A stretch of DNA of 64,000 bases from Camelus ferus. Lineage: Eukaryota. This document shows positions 11,036 through 23,910 of the stretch, one piece after another. A model generated the notes under the pieces. That model was given only the letters and a program-made list of their open reading frames with translations. It was not told the origin of the DNA and ran no database searches. The position numbers and the translations under genes were made by a program. The stretch covers positions 23,562,001 through 23,626,000 of the forward strand of contig NC_045697.1 of the NCBI RefSeq assembly GCF_009834535.1. The letters are read 5' to 3'. The number at the start of each line of letters is the position of its first letter. Position 1 is the stretch's first letter.

Positions 11036-14000
11036 AATAGGCCCATTAAAAAAAAACACACAACACTTAATATCAAAATGTTGCATCTTATGGAATGTAC
11101 AATAGTGTTATCAATCTTACATTATATGTAAATACATTTTCTGGGAATTAAGTAATTTCAAATATTCTGTATGGTACAGATATCTGTGAGGATGAGAAGA
11201 TGGAAAGAGTGTGCACAGGAAAATAAAAATGTTTTTTATTTGCATTTCTATTTTCAATCTACTTTTATCCTCATTACTTTTGTTAAACTTGAGCTGAGAT
11301 GCAAGAATGTTCGGTTTCTTGAAATTGAAAGCACCTTATGCAAAATCATTTTATTACTATTATAAGAAATATCTTTATGCATGTTCTGCACTAAAAAAAC
11401 AGGGGTTTGGGGGCTAATAGAAATGTATTAAAGAGCCAAATAAATGCAAATAATATAATTAGAGTTGGAAAAAGCCAAGAAGACCAATATAGTGAATGCT
11501 TATTTACTGTATCAAAATGTTCATAAGGTGGGCAAAAATAGACATCCAATAATTTCACCACCTTAAGTTTATCCCTAAAACTCTGTAAAAAATTATAAAT
11601 TCATTTACATTTAAATAAAATATACTTTTTCATATTCCAAGCAAATAAAAGATCCAAACAGATTATCTTCAAGTCTGTTCAGTTACACAAAGTATTTTAT
11701 TTATAATTCTATGTACAATTTTGATGGAATAATGTCATTTAGTGAACTTTTTTGTAAATACCTGCCTCTGGCAAGAAACAATTTAAAAACAAAGGAAGAA
11801 ATGAAATCTTAATATGTGTCACTAATCAACAATGTACACACATAGTCTGTTTTTGAAGAGCCAGTACAAGCAGCTTGTTGCCTTAGGAAGACAGCAATCA
11901 AACCTCAATGAATGTGCATTACTACAATGTCATCAAAAAAACTGCTTGTATCACAAACATTTTAGCTGGACCCCAAAGGTTCAGTTCATCCAAGGACTAT
12001 GCTATGCATGTCCAGATTTATTCTCTTTAAATCTATTTAAACAGCAGTAATTATTCTTTTAATTTCTCAGATTGCCTTGCACATGTGCTTTTAATGGTTG
12101 GTCTGTGGTGATTTAAACATTTTTGACGAAGGGAAAGGGCTAGGAAGCACAAAATATATAAAGAGGCTTGGTCTCGAATTCTGTTTAAAATCAGGATTAA
12201 TTTAGAGAAAAAGATAAATGTAAATCATGTTTTTTTTTTAAATTATAATCAGCAGGAAGCACTCCTAAAATTGTTCTTTTATTCTCTTAAATGATTCATG
12301 TGTGTATAATCATAAACTTTCAGCACCCTAAATATCACCCACATAGATCCTTTATTTAATAGTTAAATCCTTTTACACTTTTGTAAAGCTACTTTTTGTT
12401 GAGATAATTAGTGAGTATTTTGTCAGAAGTCTAGAATCTCAGAAGCTTATGGGACATCCAGAATTAATCTATTAATCAATTATATAATTGATTACTACAT
12501 ATATACTTGATTTTTTCCTGCAATTATTAACATATATATTATATATACATTATAACGTTAACAATTGCAGAAAAAAATCAAGTTTTTAACCTAAAAATAA
12601 AATGAATTTTAATAACATTAAATAAAAATAATGCTTATATATAATATCTCATAGTATTTAGTATGCATGTAGTGATGGTTTTAAACAGATTTTCATAATT
12701 TTTAAGATTTTTAGAAAGTCTTTTGATAATCTAGACAATGGTCAGAAATTCATGGAAACTGGAATGTTTTCTTATTGTTAGAAGGATAATAATTAGGAAA
12801 TAATCCTTCTTTATTTCCTTAGTGAAGGTGATTTCTCCAGTTAACAATTCCTGATGCCATGTCTGTCTTGGGTCCTGATCTGGATTCCAGACCTTTTGTT
12901 ACATTCTCAGTTCCCTCTCCTTTTCTTTCTCCATCCAGACCAATGTCCTTCCTTGTTCCAGCTGACAAATTAATCACACCCTTAACCATTTGACTATAAT
13001 TGTGGTGAGCAATAATGAGGTTCCCAAGTTTAATGTTATAAAATTATTTTAAAATTAATGTTGCTGAAGCTTATTTGTATTCTCTGTTGTGTTTAATCTT
13101 AGTCCATTTTTAATCAGGATCAAATTATGTGTTTTCTCCTCAGCAACATAAAAATGTACCTACCTGAGGATTATAATTTATCTGTTTGAATTCATCTTTC
13201 CCTCCTACAACTAGTGTATAACATGGCTTTATGTTTTAAAAAAGCTTAAAAAAGATACATAAATTTAATTAATGCACGTAAAAACAGATAAAAGTGAGTC
13301 TCACCTTTAAATTTTTGTTCAGATCTAAAAGTATCACTAATAAGGAGATGTATATATAGATTGATAGATCTTATATATGTATAGTATGTACTTCATCCAT
13401 TAAACAATATGAACACTAACATAAGATTGAGTCCATTTTATTAAATTTCACCTCAAAATATTTCAATTATTTTCCTTACTGCTTATGTTGGAATGATGAG
13501 TGTTTTGAATGTTGTTAATTTATCTGTGTTGTAAAGGAGAATATATGTTGTCTGTATGACTATCATCATCAAAAATTGCATGTTTAGTATCTGGTATGTC
13601 CTAAATCTGTTGAGGATGCTAAATGAGGGGTGGATTGATGATATGATCTATTTCTCCATCTGTCTGTCTGTCCCTGTATCTTCTATATCTATCTCTTTAT
13701 CTATCTATTCATTAATCAACAGATTATATTTACTCTGTAGAACATCTTGAGCTGATTCAGAAAGACTTTCTTATAGATCTTTCACAACAAACTAGGTTGT
13801 ATAATTTTATTTCTTCTTTTTATCCTTGGACTCTAGGGTGATGGGTATTGAACTGACAAGACATGCACATTAGGGATCAAGATGTAACTAAGCTGGATTA
13901 TACGTCTCTAGAGAGTGCTTTGATTATGCAATCTGATTACCTTTCAACTTGAATCTCCTGATCCACATGCTATCTAAATTAATCTTTCCTGACAGGTAGG

Positions 14001-15689
14001 TAGCTCATTTGGCTTCGTACCCACTGTTTGCACTGCCAAAGGCATGTACTTAAAATAGTTCATTGTTTTAAGTTTTGGATTATTAATGATGTTTTGAAAA
14101 ATCACATAACTCTATTATTTTTCTCCAACCAAAATCCATTATTTGAAATTGCCTTATTTTAAGGCTTATTAATTAAAAGAATTTCCTTAATTAATGAATT
14201 CAACAATGAACAGCCCTGTTAGATTCTAAATATGCTCAGACCATGCTCAATCTTGAGAACCATAAATTATTCTTTCATCTCTTATTTACTGTGCAATACT
14301 ACATTTCATGCACGGTGGTTTCTGGCTTTTTTAAACGTGTTTTAATTAGATCACAGTATACTTATTGAAATTAAAATCAGGGATCTCTTAACCATTTCTT
14401 TGTCTAAAAGTCATCTGAAATAAAATGTCTTGACATACAAAAATCTACTCAACATACTACTTTTTCTTTACCAGGTTGTACGAGCATACATTATTCAGGT
14501 AATCTGGGTTCTCAATTTCTGGAGTTCTAAGTTCTCTGAGAACTAGGGAAACAATAAGCATTTTGGTTATATGATGTTCTCAAAGCCAAGGATAGAAGGC
14601 AGGGAAATTAAAGTAAAACATACTCTTTGGTTTCCATTTTGTTACAGAAAGTAGCTTAACAAATGTAGTCCACTACAGATCAACTTGGGATCTAAATATA
14701 CAGATTATTTGTCTAAATACTTTTGTCTAAATCTTCATGCTTCAACTAGTTTATGCTCATTTTATTGTGGTTTGAGTTTTCTATGGGAGTAACTAGGCTT
14801 TTATGGGAGTTACTATGTAATAAGAGTATTATATATGAGCAATATTTTATTTAAGATTATTATACTTTCAGTTATTTTTTAAAATAAAATTGACTTTTAT
14901 AATGTCCTAAAATTATAGAAAATTTATCACAAAACATGATATAAATACATTCTAAAACAATTTCTAATGAAAATTTTACTTAGAGGCTTGCCAAGACATA
15001 CAAATTTTGTAGAAGTATACTAAAGCCTAAGAGGACTGTACATGAAAGATACAATTTACATGGAAAATGGAAAAACTAGACTCATTACTAATGCTTTATC
15101 CCAAATTGAAAAAAAGATTGAGAGATAAGCATGCAAGGTTCTATAGAAAGAAGTACTAATATGCAATATTCTCACTAAAAAGCAATATCTCACTTTACCA
15201 CTGATGATAAATAGATACGTCATTTTATAGCATCATACTATTGCTGGATTTGGAGAGGCCTTTGGGAGGTTCCCTTAGAATGCTTTCCCTACTATAATTG
15301 AAAGTGTTGATTTTGAAGGAAGATTTTGCTTAGGTAACACTTTGTTCTTCAAGGTTCTGAGTGTCTTAAGTGTGTTCCTAACAAGGGCATAAATATATTT
15401 GGTTACAGACTTGAATATGTAGGTGTTTACAACAGTAAAAGTCAACACAAAAATCACTCTGGAAATATTTGAGTCAAATAATTCTAAATTATAAAACTTA
15501 AAATGTATCATTTGATTCATGAGAGTTATAGATGAATGGAATTTTGGAGGAACTAGTTTGATAATCAGGTGCCATGGTGGTGAGATGAGTTATATGCATG
15601 ACACTTAAGCCATGAATTTGAGTGACCAATGCAGAATCTCTGTCCAAGCAATTACTACAAACGTGGCATTGGGCTTCTTGCATCTCAGT

Positions 15690-15800
15690 TTAATCAGCTG
15701 AAAGATGGATTGGATAATAACACTTACCCCATAAATTTGTAACAAAGAATTAACGCATAAAAGCACAGCTAAGTAAGAACTCAATCAATGTTCATTATGA
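15690..15800 (+). mobile_element. MIR remnant
   Basis: ggataataacacttaccccataa...gtaagaactcaatcaatgttcattat. Confidence 0.55.
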
Positions 15801-16599
15801 AAATATTTATATTTTACTTAGACTTGAAATATTCTGTGTACATAACGAAGCCTGTATACATCTTTAAGATTTCTATTTGTCTTGGCTACCAAGAGGCGAG
15901 GTTATTTTAAATTAGAGAGACTCGGATTAAATGTAGATGCAACTTTTTTTTTTGCCTTCCAGGCAACAAGCAAGGGTTTTTTGTTTGTTTGCTTGTTTAT
16001 TTTTGAGAAAAAAAATCTCTGACTCTCCTTAGAGTTTTGGGGTAAGCACACTGTGGTGACTAGCTGGTGCCAGGATTGGAGAGTAGAGGCTGAAACTGAG
16101 GTGCATTGTTTGGGGAAGACATAAAAGATAAGGAGACATAAAATTTTAGGTGGTGCCCAAATCAAAGCTGGGGAAGCTGAATTTGGTCATCAAGTTCAAG
16201 GAAATAGCACAGGATCATGAATAAGTAAAAAAAATTAATAGAATCAGAAAGCCAGTATATAGTGAGATGCATAAAAAAGTAAAAATAGATTAGAATAAAG
16301 AAAACAATTTTAAACATTTACTGTGAATTAAATTGGAGGCATGATACTCCTTTTCATTAATACCCTAATTTCTAGCATCAATTTTTACTTTCATATTAAT
16401 GATTGTGTACCTACTGTCAAATTTTATCCTCTTTATCCTTCTCTCCCCCACCATGCCTTTTTTGAATATCTAGGTATCACCTTTACCTGGACCATTTCAT
16501 GCAAGAATTACAGTATAGGTAGGCCTTTTATTATGAATCAGTTATAACCTATTCAAACCCTAGACATGGTATAAATATTAAAATAAAAAAAGTAACTGT

Positions 16600-16945
16600 T
16601 ACATGGCTATAAAAAGCTAAGGCAAATTCTCAGCACAACAAATGTGTAGCATCAGTAATAGTAACACTTTTTCTCTACTTGTTAGACCACAAATAGATGA
16701 ATGGACTCACTTATGGACATATTTTCAATAAGACAATGCTAAACCAGCTGAGGGGAAATGATATACTTAAAAGAGTAGGACAGGGGATCTCATATCATTG
16801 CCATAGGCAAGTTGTTGATGGAATTAAGCAGAAACAACTAAGTAGATGTTTATAGAGAATGCATGGGAAGCTCCTGGAATATGCAAGATATATATTGCAA
16901 TGATGAAGAGAAATAGACTTTCACAAGGGTTCTAGAGCAAAATAG
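16600..16945 (+). mobile_element. L3/CR1 LINE remnant
   Basis: gtaatagtaacacttttctctacttgttagaccaca...acatattttcaataagacaatgctaaaccag and gaagagaaatagact resemble the CR1 3' region. Confidence 0.45.
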
Positions 16946-16959
16946 TGTAGGTGAATATT

Positions 16960-17095
16960 CTTATGTTGTCACTTACTTTTTGACTGCTCTTGGGCAAGTC
17001 ACTTACCTATGTTGAGGTTTGATTTCTTAATTTGTAAAATAAGGATAAAAATAATACCTAATTATAGTATTATTCAAATATTAATAAGCTTAATA
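16960..17095 (+). mobile_element. MIR remnant
   Basis: cttgggcaagtcacttacct...tttcttaatttgtaaaataaggataaaaataatacc. Confidence 0.75.
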
Positions 17096-17552
17096 TATGA
17101 TTTGATATATCTAAATTGCGTGTAAAGTAATTGTGACAAATACGCAATATATTTTATTAATTGCTTTTCAAATTTTGCTAGTGATACTATTCTGAGTCTC
17201 TTGTAACAAACAGGTTAATTAGTTTTTAAGTTCTAGCTTTTTTAGTAGACTTTATGATGAGAAGTTTTCAGACTTGTAATGATAATAAGATAGAAACTGA
17301 AATAGTAGAGAGTCTTAATATTTGGATAAAATAATCTGATTTCTGATGACTAGTTAAACTTAGAGTACTCCAAGTGTTTGCAGAATTCTGAAGGGGTGCA
17401 TGGATTTGGTAGACAGTGTGAACTAAGGGTCAGTATTAGGGTTCTACCAAACATAAAAACTGGAGAAATTACTCAAAAAAAAAAAAATTCAGAAGATTTT
17501 CAGTCAAATAGTTCTCAATCCTGACTGCATACAAGTCATATTATATCGAGTG

Positions 17553-17654
17553 GTATATATGTACATACACATATACATATATATACACACATATACATGC
17601 ATATACATATATATACAAATATATATCAAGACATACATATATATATATATATAG

Positions 17655-17685
<31 letters not shown>
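17553..17685. repeat. (TA)n/(TACA)n compound microsatellite
   Basis: long alternating purine-pyrimidine tract containing two (TA)n-GCTG units. Confidence 0.95.
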
Positions 17686-17686
<1 letters not shown>

Positions 17687-17981
17687 CTGATGGAGTAAGT
17701 TACAGTCAGGAGGCTGACAGGTTCAAGACCCAAGATGAGCCAATGTTTCAGTTCAACTCTGAAGACCAGAAGAGACAGAAAGTATTCCGTCTGAGGCTTT
17801 TTGTTCTATTCAGGCCTTCAATTAATTGCATCAGAAGAGCAATTTCCTTTCCTTAGTCTACTGATTCACATGTTAATCTCATCCATAAAAACTCTCACAG
17901 ACACACAGTCAGAACAGTGTTTGGACAAATGTCTGGGCACCCAGTGTCTCAGTCAAGTTGACACTAAAATTAACTATCACA
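17686..17981 (-). mobile_element. MLT2 (ERVL) LTR, partial
   Basis: ttttgttctattcaggccttcaa...tctactgattcacatgttaatctcatcc...cagtcaagttgacactaaaattaactatcaca is the characteristic MLT2 terminus. Confidence 0.85.
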
Positions 17982-19132
17982 TAGGTTTATTGTATTCTAC
18001 TCATGAGTGCATAATCTCTCAATCCTTCTCTCTTTCTCTCTCTTTTGCTACATTTTTATAAAAATGACTATGTTGACAATTAAGTGAAAGTTTGTTTGTT
18101 CCTTACATTAGAAATAGTTGTAACTAATTCTAACGAAGTTAAAATTACGCCTTACATGCAAGTTATAAGAAAACAAACTCTAACAGTTTATTGATGGGGG
18201 CATAGAAATTTGAGTGAATTGTCTTTTATTTGTATTATTATTAACATGTAAAGTATAATTTAATCAACAAATAATAATAATAATTTTTATTAATTAGAAA
18301 AGAAGCAAAAATCTATGACCTGCCTTCTAAATTGACCAGAATGTCACAGAATGTGATATTTTGAGCTGACTGTAACACCAAAAATGTTAGCTTAGAACTC
18401 ACTGGGAAGTAGTAGCTATATTTAGAGCTTACTCTGTACCTGGAAGTTTAATAATGTCTCTATTTGTGAAGGGATTCTAACCTGAATAGAACAGAATATC
18501 AAAATACTGCATTAGAAGTTAGTTATTCTTAAGAGTATCAATTTACTAGTCCCTGTAACTCCCATCACCATAGGAATATCTGGGGAAACCTCTTTCTCTC
18601 TTGTAGCCTGAGTTATGCCTACCAGGCACTTATTTTGCAAGGTTTTCATAATTTTTAGGAAAGCATTCACTCAGAGTCGCTGACTCTGCTAATTTCAAGG
18701 TGGTTGATAGAGATATATTTTATTATCTATATGTTTCTGTGGGAATCACCACCTACACAATGCACTCTGGCTATGATGTAGACACAATTTTGGGAACCAT
18801 ATTTTTTAATATTAAATGCCTACCCATTCATTTCATGTGAATCATGTAACAAAGTTGAAGTGCAGAAACACAATGCATGTGCTAAACACACAAGCACTCT
18901 AGTCACTGCCAAAGGCCAAAAACAAGTGACTCTCGAGTGGAAGTACAGAAAGAATATAAAATGAGGAAATTAATAAACAAGGAAAAGGGAAAACTCTTCT
19001 TCCTAAAATGCCTGAGTTAGTGAGCTGATTTTATTCTTACCTTATTCTATAAAACCATTACCTTTATTATTATTAATTCAATAGTGTGTACCTTGGAGAA
19101 AGACAGACCCATTTAATAGTTTATAAGAACTT

Positions 19133-19278
19133 TAGAGGCTTTTTATTTATTTATTTTTTGGGGAGAGGTAATTAGGTTATTTATCTATTTATTTACTTTT
19201 AAAAGAGGTACTGGGGATCGAACCCAGGACCTTGTACACACTAAGCATGCACTCTACCACTTGAGCTATACTCTCCCC
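19133..19278 (-). mobile_element. tRNA-derived SINE, camelid Vic-1-like, with 19-bp TSD
   Basis: minus strand reads GGGGAGAGTATAGCTCAAGTGGTAGAG (A box) ... GGTTCGATCCCC (B box) ... AATAACCTAATTACCTCTCCCC, then an A-rich tail; TSD ta(a/t)tagtttataagaactt at 19114-19132 and 19279-19297. Confidence 0.9.
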
Positions 19279-20199
19279 TATTAGTTTATAAGAACTTGAT
19301 CTTTCTCTTTTGTGATAACAAAATGGCCATCTTTTTACTCTTTGTGTTGGTCTCGCTATGAAACTGACACGGTAACTGTTCCTAGATACTTAGTCAGTAG
19401 TAGGCTTTGCAGGTAGTGCTTTAACACGGCATTGCATCTTAAACTTGTTTTCCAAGGGAACAAATTTCAAGAAAGTTGTGAAATGTTCACTTGTGATTCA
19501 AAATGTATGATTTACAAACACCGATATTTGCTTAGAAGCAGAAATTAGAAACTTATAGATCTTAAGAGCATGACAATGCAGTCTCAAATATTCAAATAAT
19601 AACTGAATTTTCAATTTGGGAAATACTCCTTAACATGTAATAAAATTAAAGGACCTAAAATAAGCTCTTCTAATAACAACTCAGACCCCCAAATTCTCAC
19701 TCTTTTGTCCAAGCCTTTTTATTGAAAGCTTTTGTAGGTCTAACACTGTAATTGATGCTTTAGCAAGAATATGTGCATGAAAGCAATAAAAAAACATAGT
19801 CCTTAATTTAGTCCTTAATTCCTTTTCAGGAAGCATGGAATTTATTTGTGCAGACCATAAAGAATTATACCCTCACTTAAGTCATGCTAACTATTAGTGG
19901 GTTCAGGTGTTTTAGAAGTAATAATACTGATATTATTTAATGATGCAATAATAATTCCCAAATTGAAAGCATATTTCACTGCTTAAACAGAAAACATTCA
20001 GACATTTGTGTTTCCAAAAAAACTCAGTGTTTTCTGACCCCAGAACGTAAGATGGCTCATAGATCTTTCAGTGTAACAAGCAAAAGGATTAAAAAAAACC
20101 AAACATTTATTTCAAATCATGATAAAATATATTTAATAAAATTTAAAATCCATTCTTAATATATTTCTTATTGAATTAGTATTATATTTAATATAATAT

Positions 20200-20515
20200 A
20201 GATTTATCGTATCAACAGTTAATACTACATATAATGATGGTACATTAGAGGAATTCTAAATAAAATTAGGAATAGGCAAGGAATTTTTAGGGCCATCAGT
20301 ATGATTTTACTGTATTCTTCGGCTCTAACTTGTATACCACAACAAGAAACAAAATAAGAATAATAAATATTAGAGGAGGCAATGTCATTTTGAAAGGCCA
20401 GATATTTGCCTATTTAGAAAATACAAACCAATAACATATGAAAGATATCAGAATTAACAATGTAATTCATTAAGCACAATTGAAAAATAAATATATGTAG
20501 ATTAACAGGTATCTT
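20200..20515 (+). mobile_element. ancient L1 ORF2 (RT region) remnant
   Basis: ataatgatggtacattagaggaattc...aggaataggcaaggaa...acaagaaacaaaataaga...atttagaaaatacaaa is degenerately similar to 37700-37900. Confidence 0.45.
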
Positions 20516-20517
20516 AC

Positions 20518-20968
20518 TGTATTTTTCTATTACTGCCTAAAATTTTGTTCCAAAATCTAGGAGTTTAAAACAACAAACATTTATTATCTCAGTTTCTGAG
20601 AGTCAGAAATATGGAAGCTGCTTAGCTGGGTGATTCTGGCTCACAGTCTCTCAAGAGGCTGCAGTCAAGCTGTCAGCCTGTTCTGTAGCCAACTTAAGAC
20701 TAAGGTTGAAGTACATGTTTCTAAGCTCACTAATGTAGTTGTTGATAGGGCTCGGCTCCCAACAAACTGTTTGAAGAGGAAAGATACATAGAGAGACATA
20801 AAGCCCAAAGTGGACATCCAAGTCCAAATCAATCTCAGAATTGACATACCATAGCTTCTACCCTATGTCATTAGTCATACAGATCAACCCTAGTACAATA
20901 TGGTAGGACACTCTATATATGTCAATATCAGGAGTTAGGGGTCATTGTTAGACATCCTGGAGGCTGCA
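20518..20968 (-). mobile_element. MaLR MLT1 (F-like) LTR
   Basis: tttaaaacaacaaacatttattatctcagtttctgagagtcagaaat...gcttagctgggtgattctggctca...ggggtcattg..catcctggaggctg. Confidence 0.8.
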
Positions 20969-21044
20969 AAGAGAGCAGTGAAAAAGTAAATTATACACAC
21001 ACACACACATTCACAAAGTTCCGGGTACAAATGAAGCAGATATA

Positions 21045-21503
21045 CAGATCTGAGTTGAAAATATAAGTTGAAAATGTATTTAATACACCTTGCCTACCGA
21101 ACAACATAACTTAGCCTAGCTCACCTTAAACGTGCTCGGAACACTTACATTAGCCTACAGTGGGGCAAAATCATCTAACCCAAAGCCTATTTTACAACAA
21201 AATATTGAACATCTAATGAAATTTATTGAATGCTGTACTGAAAGTGAAAAACAGAATAATTGTGTGGGTCAGAATGGTTGTTAAGTGTATCGGTTTTCTG
21301 CCCTTGTGATCACGTGACTGGCTGGAGCTGTGGCTGTCTGCTGCTACCCAGCATTACTACACAGTCTGGTACTGCATCTCGCTAGCCTCAGGGAAAGGAA
21401 AACAATTCAGAATTCAAAGCACAACTTCTACTGAAAGCATATTGCTTTTGTACCATCTTAGAGTCAAAATCTTAAGTCAAACCATTGAGTTGGGAACCAT
21501 CTG
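21045..21503. mobile_element. Tigger5/MER47-like Tc1-mariner non-autonomous element
   Basis: CAGAT...ATCTG termini flanked by TA; cctaccgaacaacataacttagcctagctcaccttaaacgtgctcggaacacttacattagcctacag matches recalled MER47. Confidence 0.85.
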
Positions 21504-21544
21504 TATATATGTAATCAAAGGTATATTTATTATGGTCTATACCT

Positions 21545-21697
21545 GCAGTCCCTAATACAGTTAGCCACTAGCCACCTCTGGCTATTTTTCCTTAGTTTCA
21601 CTCACTACCTTTAAAGTACTGAAAAGCCACATATGACTACTGGCTACCAAATCAAATGACACAGAAATATAAAATGTTTCATTCAACATAGAAAGAT
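21545..21697. mobile_element. MER3-like hAT MITE
   Basis: tagccactagccacctctggctattt...agccacatatgactactggctacc...cagaaatataaaatgtttcat. Confidence 0.7.
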
Positions 21698-22917
21698 AAT
21701 TTATATTTCACATCCATGAGGGGTAGAGAGAAAGCACTTCAAAACACTAAATTACACAAGTTTTTAAAAACATTTGTGTGTGGTTAAATACAATGTAGAT
21801 AAAAAGAGACTGAAAAAATGAGTTGTGCTCACGTTTGGTTTAATAGAATAAAGCTTAGATATTAGAAAAGTTCCTGCTTACAAAAATGAAAAGAAATCTA
21901 ACTTGGATAGGCAGGGTTTAAATTTAAATGGAAAATAAACATTCATTTGACAATATCATTCAATATCCAAATGCAAATTTAAACTTAAATTGCTGAATGT
22001 ATGATTATTGTACAAAGTAAGTATCCAAATGAGGTAAATTTTTATTCCTCTTCTTGGAGTTACTGTATTATTTATACACATAAAATATGAACTTTGCATT
22101 TGAAATATTAGACCATGATGCTGTTTTGGAACATTTAATCTCATCAACAGCTTCATTTTTCTGTAGCATTATGTAATTTAATAAACTGCCCATTGGTGTT
22201 CAAGAGAAATTACCAGCTTAGCTGGTAGAATAACACATTATCAATGTGTCCTTATGTCAAAATACCCTTATATTTTTGTCAAAGTCAATGTCTACTTAAA
22301 CAGTTATTTTAACATCATTAAAATTCAATGGCACAAAAGAACTTTACCTGTTACCACGTGAGAATTTTCAAACTGTTTTCAATTTCAGTTTCTTTGTAAC
22401 TGTTTAAAAAGCCAAAACAAAACAAAACAATGCTCCTACTGCTGCGTATTTCTGAGGAGGAATACACCTAATGGTTGTTAGACTAATACTCTGAGAAATT
22501 CACCATGACTTTTCTTTCCTGAACCGGGTTGCGTTTTCTAGATGCACAAACTCTTCAATGTATCTTGATATATTTTTATATAAAGAAAAACATCTCACAT
22601 GCTTCACTTATGCCAGTGTGTGAAGGTTTTGGAAACTCTTAGTGAAAGAAAAGAAACGTGGCCAAGTGAAAAGAGGTAGGATAAACGTTAAGGCTGAGTG
22701 CCTGCATCTTTCAAGGTGGCAGGAAGCAAGGCCCCTTTGTGCAGTAAATGAAATCTGACAACCTAGCCCACAGCTAGGTGCACTCTCAAAACCACTTCTG
22801 CAACCATGTTGAATTAGGTCGTATAATCTTGGGCAGCATAATCCAAATTAGTTTTTTTTCTGCCTTTCCTATTAAAAAGGGTATATTAATATTCACCTGT
22901 TTAAAAAAGAAATTACA

Positions 22918-23340
22918 TGTGTCTTTTTTTTTAGATTCCACATATAAGTGATATCATATGGTATTTTTATTTCTCTGTCTAGCTCACTGCACTTAGTATG
23001 AAGACCTGAACTTATTTACAAAACTGAGACAGACTCACAGACATAGAAAAGAAACTTATCATTACCGGGGGAAAGAGGGTGGGGAGGGATAAAATGGAAG
23101 TTTGGGATTTGCAGGTACTAAATACTACATATAGAATAGATAAACAACAAGGTCCTACTATATATACAGCACAGGGAACTACATTCAATACCTTGTAATA
23201 GCCTATAATGAAAAAGAATATAAAAAGGAAATATATGTATAAGTGAATCACTATGCTGTACACAAGAAATTAACACAGCGTTGTAGATCAACTATATTTC
23301 AATACAAAAAAAAAGGCACAACTCAAAAAAAAAAAGAAGT
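22918..23340. mobile_element. 5'-inverted (twin-primed) LINE-1 3' end inserted in a MIR
   Basis: 22918-~23001 is antisense L1 ORF2 end; ~23007-23314 is sense 3'UTR plus poly(A); TT/AAAA site at 22901; aaattaca repeated at 22910 and 23341. Confidence 0.88.
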
Positions 23341-23649
23341 AAATTACAATTGACATACATGTGATGGCTATCGAAGAGTTGGCACTCAGTAAATTGAATC
23401 CTTTGTGGTTGTATTTGAAATAATTATTTCCAAATATGGGACAAACACAGCTAAAAAGGATATTAAGCCTCAGTAATCTTTGTGTAATTGATCACATTTG
23501 TTGGAGAAAAAGAGACATGCAGATAAGCAGAGATGAGGCCAGGGCTTCTGATAATGTCAATACCTACCTTCTCTTCTCTCATAGAAATCAAGAACTCCTG
23601 GCTAAGTCTGATGAGAATTTGTGAGGAAGCCAATATTTATAAAACAAGA

Positions 23650-23910
23650 AACTGAAGATGGTTAAGATCTAGGATCTATAATCCTTCAGACTTGGGCCCT
23701 GACTCCTGTTCCATAATTTATAATCTTTGTGATTTTGCCAAAATTAAGTCTTTCTAAGCTTCACTTTTTTTAACCTCTAAAATGAGAAAAATATTCCTAT
23801 TTCACTCATAGGATTACTGTGCCAAGTATAAATAAAATAATTATGAATTATTCCTAGCTGAGTCTCTTGCTCATATTCAGTAACCAATTAATTATTATAA
23901 TGATTATTAT
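23650..23910 (+). mobile_element. MIR SINE
   Basis: cagacttgggccctgactcctg...aacctctaaaatgagaaaaatattcctatttcactcataggattactgtg. Confidence 0.65.

Noticed and set aside
10540..11045. TSD for the L1 fragment (taaatatgtcc / taaataggccc)
   Set aside because: Two mismatches in 11 AT-rich bases; not distinguishable from chance.
19205..19278. tRNA gene
   Set aside because: The tRNA-like head continues into a SINE body and A-rich tail and is bounded by a TSD.
19798..19821. Short 11-12 bp tandem duplications (also ~44058 and ~14709)
   Set aside because: Ordinary slippage products with no further structure.
22341..22430. Possible 52-nt minus-strand exon (22348-22399)
   Set aside because: Weak donor (GTAAAG), stops in all frames, and the pyrimidine tract is just a (TTTTG)n repeat.
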